Source of the DNA: Octopus sinensis
Taxonomy: Eukaryota
Length of the DNA stretch: 11,036 nucleotides
Reading direction: 5' to 3'
Assembly: GCF_006345805.1 (NCBI RefSeq)
Contig: NW_021827362.1
Location: 1-11,036 of the forward strand
A model generated the notes under the pieces. It was not told where the DNA came from, searched no databases, and saw only the letters and a list, made by a program, of their open reading frames with translations. Positions 1-8,737 of this stretch are shown in pieces; the stretch's first letter is position 1; every line of letters starts with the position of its first letter. The translations under genes and the position numbers were made by a program.

Positions 1-104
1 TGTCGATAAAATGAGTACCCGTCGAGCACAGGGGTTGACGTAATCCTGTTAGCAGCAACCCTCTACACCAAAAATTAATGGCTTTGTGCCGAAAGTTGAA
101 ACTA
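1..104 (+). mobile_element. SINE family A, 3' part (cut by the window edge), followed by an ATT/GTT tail at 105-121
   Basis: 2-45 aligns ungapped to 242-285 (33/44 identical by hand) and similarity continues to the end (tggctttgtgccgaaagttgaaac vs tggccttgtacaagaatttgagac). gtcgataaaatgagtacc resembles the Meta/MESC SINE central domain as recalled. Confidence 0.75.
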
Positions 105-121
105 ATATTATTGTTGTTGTT

Positions 122-335
122 AAGGCTGCGATTTAGTAGAATCGTTATAGCGCCAGAAAAAATGCGTGGCAACATTTATTCCGATTTTACATTTTGAATT
201 AACACGTCGCTAGGGTCGACTTTGTCTCTCAAGCTTTTGGCGTCGGTAAAATAGGAACCAGCTGAGTACTGGGGTCGATGTAATCGTCTTGCACCCTCCC
301 CCAGAATTGCTGGCCTTGTACAAGAATTTGAGACC
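122..335 (+). mobile_element. SINE family A, near full-length diverged copy (tRNA-derived head, Meta/MESC-like central domain)
   Basis: Starts AAGGC. Decayed A-box-like TAGTAGAATCG-type motif near 134-144, B box degraded. Central gggtcgactttgtctctcaagcttttggcgtcggtaaaataggaaccag. The 3' half is duplicated at 1-104. Family assignment is from memory of octopus SINEs. Confidence 0.7.
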
Positions 336-546
336 GTTAGCGTTTTTGATCTTGTTATCAGAAATATCTTAACTGTAACATGATAAACAAAGTGTTTTGA
401 TGTTAGCGTAAGATTCAACACTGGCAAATGCAATCCCGTTACCACACCATCCACAGAGACTTTATTAATTGGACATATTAATATTCTTTCAGCCCTCGGC
501 CGTCCTCCGACCACCGCATCCGACTACAAAAAAACATATACAGGAT

Positions 547-919
547 CACCACCACCACCACCAACACCACAGACATCATAGTAAAAACAACAGCAACAAC
601 AACCGCAACTACAAGTCCTCCTCCTCCTCCTACTACTACTACTACTACTGCTGCTGCTACTGCTACTGCTGATGCTGCTACTGCGCGGCTTCTACTACTA
701 CTACTACTGATACTACTACTATTACTACTGCATGACTACTACTACTACTATTGCTGCTGCTACTGCGCTGCTTCTACTACTACTACTGCTACTACTACTA
801 TTACAACAACAACAACTATTACTACTACTACCACCACAACTACTACTACTACTACCACTACTACTACTACTACTCACTACTACTACTACTACTACCACCA
901 CCACCACCACCACTACTAA

Positions 920-962
<43 letters not shown>

Positions 963-1093
963 GCTACTACTACTACTACTACTACTGCTACTGCACTACA
1001 ACTACTACAATTAATACCACTACTACTGCTACTACTACTACTACTACAACTACAACAACAACAACAACTACTACTACTACTACTACTACTACT
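547..1093 (+). repeat. Compound trinucleotide microsatellite (CAC/AAC/TCC/TAC/TGC), mostly (TAC)n
   Basis: Directly visible; source of the poly-H/N/S/Y/C/T/L ORFs. Confidence 0.97.
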
Positions 1094-1121
1094 ATTTGTA
1101 TACTTTTCTAGAATTCCTGTT

Positions 1122-1321
1122 GTAATAGTGGTAGTGGTAGCAGTACCGGCAGCATCAGCAGCAGCAGCAGCGGTATAATGGTAGGGAAGAGCCAGCAACA
1201 TCAACGCCAGCAGTCACACAGTTATATTAATGATATTTGCAGCAGCAGCAGCAGCAGTCGGTGATTCGAAATGACATTTTGCGTTGTGGGGTGGTGGTGG
1301 TCGTGGTGGAGGGGGGCGTGG
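1122..1321 (+). repeat. Patchy trinucleotide repeats of the opposite polarity (GTA/GTG, GCA, GTG/GGA)
   Basis: gtagtggtag from ~1131, (GCA)n at 1149-1171 and 1239-1256, (GTG)n at ~1286-1309. Confidence 0.85.
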
Positions 1322-1551
1322 AATAAAAAGAAACCCGAACATTTGGGTTTGGTAGATATTGCTTCCAGTCTTGCTAACTGTTGAATAATGCAAATGGAGT
1401 TTAGACAGAAAGGTTAAAAGAAAATATATAAAAAAATATGGCATTATCAAAAACAACAAAAAAGGAAAAAATAAAATACAAGGCGTTTCAAAGCATTAAA
1501 TATAAACAGGGTGAAAAAAGAAACAGCCATTTATTTACATGCAAATACGTC

Positions 1552-2045
1552 TATGTATGTATGTATGTATGTATGTATGTATGTATGTATGGTATGTGTG
1601 GTGTATGTAAGTATGTAGGTAATGTATGTATATATGTAATATATGTATGTATGTATGTATGTAAGTATGTATGTATGTATGTATGTATGTTGTATGTATG
1701 TATGTATATATGTAGTATGTATGTATGTATGTATGTATGTATGTATGTATGTATGTATGTAGTGGTATGTATGTATGTATGTAATGTATGTATGTATGTA
1801 TGTAGTATGTATGTATGTATGTATGTATGTATGTATGTATGTATGTAGTATGTATGTATGTATGTATGTATTATGTATGTAGGTATGTATGTATGTATGT
1901 ATGTATGTATGTATGTATGTATGTTTGTAGGTATGTAGGTATGTATGTAGTATGTATGTATGTATGGTATGATGTATGTGGTATGTATGTGTGTATGTAT
2001 GTATGTATGTATGTATGTATGTATGTATGTATGTATGTATGTATG

Positions 2046-2079
<34 letters not shown>

Positions 2080-2117
2080 TGTATGTATGTGTGTATGTAT
2101 GTATGTATGTATGTATG

Positions 2118-2151
<34 letters not shown>

Positions 2152-2445
2152 TGTATGTATGTATGTATATATGTAGATATGTGTGTATGTATGTATGTAT
2201 GTATGTATGTATGTATGTAGGTATGTATGTATGTAGGTATGTATGTATGTATGTAGGCATGCATGTATGTATGTATGTATGTATGTATGTATGTATGAAT
2301 GTATGTATGTATGTATGTTTGTATGTATGTTTGTATGTATGTATGTATGTATGTATGTATGTATGTATGTAGGTATGTGTGTATGTATGTATGTATGTAT
2401 ATATGTATGTACGTAAGTATGTATGTATGTATGTATGTATGTATG

Positions 2446-2479
<34 letters not shown>

Positions 2480-2501
2480 TGTAGGTATGTGTGTATGTAT
2501 G

Positions 2502-2532
<31 letters not shown>

Positions 2533-2800
2533 GTATGTAGGTATGTATGTATATATGTATGTATGTATGTATGTATGAATGTATGTATGTATGCATGTAT
2601 GTATGTATGTATGTATTTATGTCTGACTGTCTGTATGCAGGTATGTATGTATGTATGTATGTATGTATGTATGTATGTATGTATGTATGTATGATGTATG
2701 TATGTATGTATGTATGTATGTATCTATGTATGAATGTATGTATGTATGTACGTAAGTATGTATGTATGTATGTATGTATGTAGGTATGTATGTATGTATG

Positions 2801-2831
<31 letters not shown>

Positions 2832-2924
2832 GTATGTAGGTATGTATGTATATATGTATGTATGTATGTATGAATGTATGTATGTATGTATGTATGTATG
2901 TAGGTATGTATGTATGTATGTATG

Positions 2925-2955
<31 letters not shown>

Positions 2956-3000
2956 GTATGTAGGTATGTATGTATATATGTATGTAGGTATGTGTGTATG

Positions 3001-3031
<31 letters not shown>

Positions 3032-3100
3032 GTATGTATGTATGTATGTATGTAGGTAGGTATGTATGTATGTATGTATGTATGTATGTATGTATGTATG

Positions 3101-3134
<34 letters not shown>

Positions 3135-3152
3135 GGTATGTGTGTATGTATG

Positions 3153-3184
<32 letters not shown>

Positions 3185-3670
3185 AATGTATGTATGTATG
3201 CATGTATGTATGTATGTATGTATTTATGTCTGACTGTCTGTATGCAGGTATGTATGTATGTATGTATGTATGTATGTATGTATGTATGTATGTATGTATG
3301 TATGTATGTATGATGTATGTATGTATGTATGTATCTATGTATGAATGTATGTATGTATGTACGTAAGTATGTATGTATGTGTGCATGTATGTATATATGT
3401 ATGTATGTATGTATGTAAGTATGTATGTGTATGCATGTATGTATGTATGTATGTATGCATGCATGTATGTTTTTATGCATATATGTATATATGTATGTAT
3501 GTCTGACTTCTGTCTGTCTGTATGTATGTTTGTATGTATATTGGTATGTAGGTAGGTATGTATTTACGTATGTTATCAATGTATGCAGGTATGTAAGTAT
3601 GTATGTAGGTATGTATATGTGTATGTATGTATGCATTCATGTATGTGTGTATGTATGTCTGTATGTATGT
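1552..3670 (+). repeat. ~2.1 kb (TATG)n tetranucleotide array with variant units
   Basis: Directly visible; source of all MYVC/YIHT ORFs. Variants include TAGG, TAAG, TATA, TGTG, AATG, CATG, TCTG. Confidence 0.99.
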
Positions 3671-3689
3671 GGATGTAGATATATACTTA

Positions 3690-3953
3690 TGCTTATACAT
3701 ACACAGAGTTACCCACACATACACACACAGATGCCCCCCCCCATATATATATATATATATATATATATAAAGAGAAAAAGGGAGAGAGAGGGAAGGATAA
3801 GTAGATGGAGATACAGATAGATAGAAACATGCATACGTATATATGTATATACATGCACACACACACAAACAACAAACACAAAAACGCACGCACACACACA
3901 TATACACATATATAACACACTTGTATAGATATACACATAAGTAGCTATAACTG

Positions 3954-4037
<84 letters not shown>

Positions 4038-4060
4038 GTCACGGAGAGGATGAGAGAGAG
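3690..4060. repeat. Mixed dinucleotide microsatellites (CA, TA, GA), including (AT)n 3957-4002 and (GT)n 4003-4034
   Basis: Directly visible. Confidence 0.95.
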
Positions 4061-4493
4061 ATGTAATTACTATTGAGAGAACTGGATGTTGCTACAACAC
4101 CGGTAATTTAAAAAACAAAAAAAAAAACTGCGCCAATAATCAACATCACCAAAATATCAATATATTCATGCATGTACGTGATATCTAATTCCATATTACT
4201 TTTGTGTTATGACATATACAAGACTCATCTCTCACTTTCTTTGACAGATTTGCAGATATGTTAAAAGAAATACAGATATTTCTTATTCGAATAGGAAAAA
4301 TGTACAGTCATACGTATATACCTCACATCCAACTTCTGCGGCATTCATTCTCGCAATATAGTGCGTTTAGATAACGGTTGGCTTTTGCGTGAGAACATAC
4401 ATATCGCCATGATGAGATACGATTTCAACGCTGTAAGAATATATTTTGACTCACACAAATATCAGTAATTTCAATTCGCTACGTATTTTATCG

Positions 4494-4541
4494 CTTTATA
4501 TTTTAGGATTAGCTAACTTTATAGTTTAGGATTAGCTAACT
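4494..4541. repeat. 23-bp tandem duplication
   Basis: ctttatattttaggattagctaa (4494-4516) and ctttatagtttaggattagctaa (4517-4539), one mismatch. Confidence 0.9.
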
Positions 4542-4576
4542 CAAAATTTAAATACTGCTCGTGTTTATAGCATTTA

Positions 4577-4836
4577 ATCATCATCATCATTGTTCGACCG
4601 TGGTCGAGACTTTCATAGTCTTTTCAAATGGCTAATAATGTGTGCGCGCGCCACTACTACACACATTGAAAGCATTGTACAACACAAGTACTAAAGAGAT
4701 CTTTCCTCCTCCATGAAACAAAGCTGTCCCGCTGGACGTCAACCCAGTATTTCTAAGCTACGGACCCAGTGATTTATTGTAAGGTTATCTCCCTAGATAA
4801 TTGCCTTCACTACGGCTAAGGAGCCCTTTCTACCCC
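4577..4836 (-). mobile_element. Short non-autonomous retroposon, probably a bipartite RTE derivative (5'UTR plus 3' tail)
   Basis: Minus strand starts GGGGTAGAAAGGGCTCCTTAGCCGTAGTGAAGGCAATTATCTAGGGAGA, resembling the recalled RTE 5' motif (GGGCTCTCTAGCC..AAGGCAA..TCTAGGAGA). It ends in the inverted repeat TCGACC-AC-GGTCGA (4594-4607) and a (GAT)n tail (4577-4590). Weak TSD: atagcatttaat vs atgcattaat. No A/B boxes seen. Confidence 0.6.
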
Positions 4837-4929
4837 ATGCATTAATACTACCTCAGCCTTATGAATGCATACTCAAACACAAGCCCTAAAGTATATATCT
4901 GAATCCAAAGGTACATTCACCCACATATA

Positions 4930-5438
4930 CACAGACATGCAGGAAGTAAATGGAGACATTTACTTTTCAAAATCTTTTATTTGATATTAATTGGTTAAAT
5001 GAGAGGTTTTCTTCTAGCTGCACGTCCATAATACCCAAGCTTATGCAGATATATAACATGTTTTTGGACTAACTTCTAACTGTTTTGCGATGTCAGATGC
5101 CTTCGAACGGGGTTCGTTTTCCACAATTCTCTTCAAACACAAAGCTTCCTTTCCAAGGGCCCAGATCGGCCGGGATGAGAATCTGTTGATTCTTTTCCTT
5201 GGCCTTTGAATTGCACTATAATTCTATTAACAGTAGCAAAAGGAATTTGAAGATTTTCGGCAACTTTTCGCTAACTAAGACCAGCCTCAGATTGCCCAGC
5301 AATCTCAACAATACGACCTCTTTGAAAATCTGACAGTTCTGCTAAATTTTTTGTGCGAGGCATGGTTACTCTTCGCAAGACGCTTAGATCAGGGATTTTG
5401 AAAATTAAAGGTGTCTGTTTAATTCCTGTATGTCCGTG
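4930..5438 (-). mobile_element. Tc1/mariner-superfamily DNA transposon, internally deleted non-autonomous copy (509 bp)
   Basis: 45-bp TIRs at 4930-4974 and 5394-5438 (37/45 identical by hand), each flanked by TA (4928-4929, 5439-5440). Encloses a Tc1 transposase N-terminus. Confidence 0.92.
4975..5363 (-). pseudogene. Tc1-like transposase pseudogene, N-terminal paired-like HTH DNA-binding region only
   Basis: Manual translation from the ATG at 5363: [72 protein letters not shown] / LKRIVENEPRSKASDIAKQLEVSPKT / YLHKLGYYGRAARRKPLI*PINIK*. Shows the Tc1 hallmarks LSxFxRGxIV, a GRP-like linker and ARRKPL. Two frameshifts and several stops; no DDE domain. Confidence 0.9.
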
Positions 5439-5996
5439 TATATATATGAATGCTCAAAGCCATGTGTACACATTCACACATACACACATAGGTCTATATT
5501 CACACATACATACACATATACATGCGATCATGTTCATATAATGTTAACGTTCGTTGTCCGCTCTTTATTGGTGGGAAACCCAAATGGAAATAAAATGAAT
5601 TTTGTTTCTAGAATTGAAACATTGTTCACTCATTTGTGGTTATTATCTTACAAAAGAGACACTGAGTGTTGGATAGCTCTTATGATACCGATGGGTAGCG
5701 AATAAAGAATAACGGGATTGAAAATAAGCAAGAGAAAATAGATAAGAGAAAAGAGTATTGATTTAGAATTTTGTATTCGTAATTTTGATCTGTTTTCTGT
5801 TGATACAAGACCTTATGCAAAAAACAAAAAAAATCTTTTGATGAAATGCTTCTTGCAGTAAGGAGATTGTTTGTATTATTCAGTACCAGTCAGGTCTGAA
5901 TAATTTACTCTCATGTCTTTTGAAATAACACATTTGTTGATTCAAGTCCAAATATTAGAAACAATGATTTAGTATCATATATTCCAAACACTCCTT

Positions 5997-6940
5997 TTAT
6001 CTGCCATGTCTACCACGCGTTCAGAATCATCAGCCTCCAGTTCCTACTCTTCGTAAACAACTTAAAAGTTATTCGTCCGTTCTCTCTATAATCGTGTATT
6101 AAATCTGTTAAATATCCTTTTCCACAGTTTTCTTCTGTTACATCCTTTTACTTTCCTAATCGAAACTTAATTGTAAATATCTTTCTCTTCTCACCCGATG
6201 CCCAGTAACTTAGCTATTTGCCATTTTATGATGCAAGTTGTCTTTCTTTGAGAGCTGAACAATTTCAGACGTGTTTGTTAACCTATTCGTATAGGATATC
6301 CACAGCATTTGTGGAAGAAACCAAATCGCTGTGTCTCCGATAAGTATTTGTAAGTACGTTTAAATTATACAGTCATATGTACGTAGGAATATTAAATATT
6401 TCCTGTTTCCCGACTTTTCTAACGGTTATTAATAATCTTTAATCGAAAATATTTGTTTGGTTTAATCGAAAGTAATTTTGGTGTGTCCCATTCTCTAATT
6501 AATTTATTTCATGTTTTTCCCAAACTCTCGCAAAGATTCCACAGAGTTGACGTTCTCAATTTCTTCCAAAGTTTACTACACTGAAAATTATGTATCATAT
6601 TAATAATATATTCTGTGGCATTTTTCAATATTGTCAATAGTTCTCGGTTTCTGTTATTAAAACTCAGGTCCCTTAATTGTGCAAAATACAAATTCTAGAT
6701 CTGTCTTTGATGTTGCTATGAGGATTGTTCCTAACTGGTTCAAAGTCAACAGACTGCTTAATTATCTTAATTAATGCTGGTCTTTGTTACCCATATAACT
6801 TACCGATAATCTCTAATCACATCCCAAATATATATCTCGCAACGATTTGTTCATGGTGTGCTATGCTGACTACTCCATTGGCGAGCTATAATATATTTAC
6901 TCAGAACTGGTTCTTGTTCCTTTGCTTTTTAAATATTTGA
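5997..6940 (-). mobile_element. Highly decayed RTE-clade (BovB-like) LINE fragment: RT region to ORF C-terminus
   Basis: Colinear minus-strand peptides across frames: KSKGTR (~6930-6912), HEQI, LEIIGKLYG*QRPAL (6816-6772), IKDRSRICIL..VLITETEN (~6710-6640), AIWFLPQMLWISYTNRLTN (~6330-6273), GHRVRRE, KVKG, YLTDL, SRNWRLMILNAW/RHGR* (ends 5997). These correspond to the recalled RTE motifs KGKGTR, LRIIxNLYWxQxAAV, EMWFLRRMLRISWT and WRxMIxN. Confidence 0.7.
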
Positions 6941-7104
6941 AAAGTCTTTAAAAATAGTTGAAATGAAGTTCATTGCAGTTTTTGTCTGAAGATAGAAAAC
7001 TCTTAAACACGACACACTCTTAAAAATGCTACCCCTTGACGTAAATTGCCTTCTAACGATGAATCTTCATTACACATACTTACATAAAACATACAAATAT
7101 GCAA

Positions 7105-7153
7105 ATACATACATACATACATACATACATACATACATACATACATACATACA
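7105..7153 (+). repeat. (TACA)n microsatellite
   Basis: Directly visible. Confidence 0.95.
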
Positions 7154-7479
7154 AAAATACCCAGTTGTTCATGCTGAAATTCCAAGGAGCCTTGGATCTT
7201 GGTTAGAAAGTGGTTCTTTCTCTATTAGCAACAAATCTTGAAATACAGGCATACATAAAAGGAGAATTTGGATGACCTGGTATTTTCAGAAAGAGAAATC
7301 GACCAGCTGATTCGTACATTACAAGAACAGTCTGTGAGTGGAACAGTAAAAATATGCAACACTTTCCCAAAGTTCAAAATGTGAATTTGTCTGTGTTAAC
7401 TATATTCCAAAGATGGAGATTTGTATCTTTGTTGGAAACCAGCCCCCTCCTCAGTGGATGATTTATAATAATATAAAAT

Positions 7480-7911
7480 AGGCGCAGGAGTGGCTGTGTG
7501 GTAAGTAGCTTGCTAACCAACCACATGGTTCCGGGTTCAGGCCCACTGCGTGGTATCTTGGGCAAGTGTCTTCTGCTATAGCCCCGGGCCGACCAATGCT
7601 TTATGAGTGGATTTGGTAGACGGAAACTGAAACAAGCCTGTCGTATATATGTATATATATATATATATGTGTGTGTATGTGTGTGTGTGTGTTTGTATGT
7701 CTGTGTGTGTTCCCTCAACATCGCTTGACAACCGATGCTGGTGTGTTTACGTCCCTGTCACTTAGCGGTTCGGCAAAAATAGACCGATAGAATAAGTACT
7801 GGGCTTACAAAAAGAATAAGTCCGGGGTCGAGTTGCTCGACTAAAGGCGGTGCTCCAGCATGGCCGCAGTCAAATGACTGAAACAAGTAAAAGAGTAAAA
7901 AGAGTAAAGAG
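7480..7911 (+). mobile_element. SINE family B copy 1: tRNA-derived, CORE-like motif, internal (TA)/(TG) microsatellite, (AAGAGTA)-type tail
   Basis: A box TGGCTGTGTGG 7491-7501, B box GGTTCAGGCCC 7534-7544, CORE-like CTTGGGCAAGT 7557-7567, microsatellite 7644-7710. 7481-7643 is 146/163 identical to 9389-9551 by hand. May be one of the octopus OR-type SINEs (unverified). Confidence 0.92.
7491..7544 (+). promoter_or_regulatory. RNA Pol III type-2 internal promoter (A and B boxes) of SINE B copy 1
   Basis: TGGCTGTGTGG and GGTTCAGGCCC at tRNA-like spacing. Confidence 0.65.
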
Positions 7912-8156
7912 AACACACACAAACACACACAAACACACACACATCTATCGCTATTTTAATTTCATACATTGTCTATTCCATGTAACGAATTTTGGCAAGA
8001 GAAGCACTAAGAAGCATGCCACTCCATTACAGCAAACATGCTTTAAGGTACGGCTGTTGGTGATAAGGGTGATATAACCGCTCGTTTTTTTGGGAAAGAC
8101 GTAACGCCATATTTTCGTTAATTTTAAGCGGGAGGAAACCTAAACTTATATAAACT

Positions 8157-8547
8157 GTGTGGAAGCACTCTGTCGGTTACGACGATGAGGGTTCCGGTTG
8201 AATCCGAATCAACGGAACAGCCTGCTCGTGAAATTAACGTGTAAGTGGCTGAGCACTCCACAGACACGTGCACTCTTAACGTAGTTCTCGGAGATATTCA
8301 GCGTGACACAGAGAGTGACAAGGCCGGCCCTTTGAAATACAGGTACAAAAGTAACAGGAAGAAAGAGAGAGAGAAAGTTGTGGTGAAAGAGTACAGCAGG
8401 GATCACCACCATCCCCTGCCGGAGCCTCGTGGAGCTTTTAGGGCGTTTTCGGTCAATAAACACTGACAACGCCCGGTCTGGGAATCGAAACCACGATCCT
8501 ATGACCGCGAGTCCACTGCCCTAACCACTGGGCCATTGCGCCTCCAC
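8157..8547 (-). mobile_element. SINE family C, full-length tRNA-derived SINE with target-site duplication
   Basis: Minus strand starts GTGGAGGCGCAATGGCCCAGTGGTTAGGGCA. A box at 8535-8525 and B box GGTTTCGATTCC at 8492-8481. Flanking direct repeats acttatataaact (8144-8156) and acttgtataaact (8546-8558), 12/13 identical. Confidence 0.9.
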
Positions 8548-8737
8548 TTGTATAAACTAATCGTTACACAAACACAGATAAAAGAGATAACCATAACTAG
8601 AGATAAATACAACGAACCTCTGATCAGTTTCTTTCGACATAATTGCTCTGCAAATTCTCGAAGAAACCAATTCCTTATTCGGCGAACGGCTTCAACGTAT
8701 GAATTTGTCTTGATATACATGTTGGTGCGCTTCCGTT

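Noticed and set aside
1288-1321. G-rich stretch as a G-quadruplex
   Set aside because: Only two runs of three or more G; at best a weak two-tier motif within a GTG repeat.
2400-3400. CRISPR-like repeat-spacer array
   Set aside because: The recurring landmarks are variant microsatellite units with no unique spacers, and the context is eukaryotic.
3951-4034. CTGTCG+(AT)n+(GT)n resembling the SINE B internal junction
   Set aside because: Only about 6 nt of complex sequence match, and neither flank resembles the SINE.
469-4042. Many long ORFs (poly-T/L/Y/S/V and MYVC/YIHT repeats, up to 339 aa)
   Set aside because: They are translations of stop-poor microsatellites, open in several frames on both strands.
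4225-4375. Possible splice acceptor (ctcactttctttgacag) followed by a short open frame
   Set aside because: No strong donor site and no recognisable peptide.
6026-6034. CTGATGA on the minus strand as a hammerhead ribozyme core
   Set aside because: No suitably placed GAAA or stems; it lies in the RTE coding remnant (WRLMIL).
8470-8545. tRNA gene on the minus strand
   Set aside because: A and B boxes are present, but the acceptor and anticodon stems pair poorly and the sequence continues into a SINE body bounded by a TSD.
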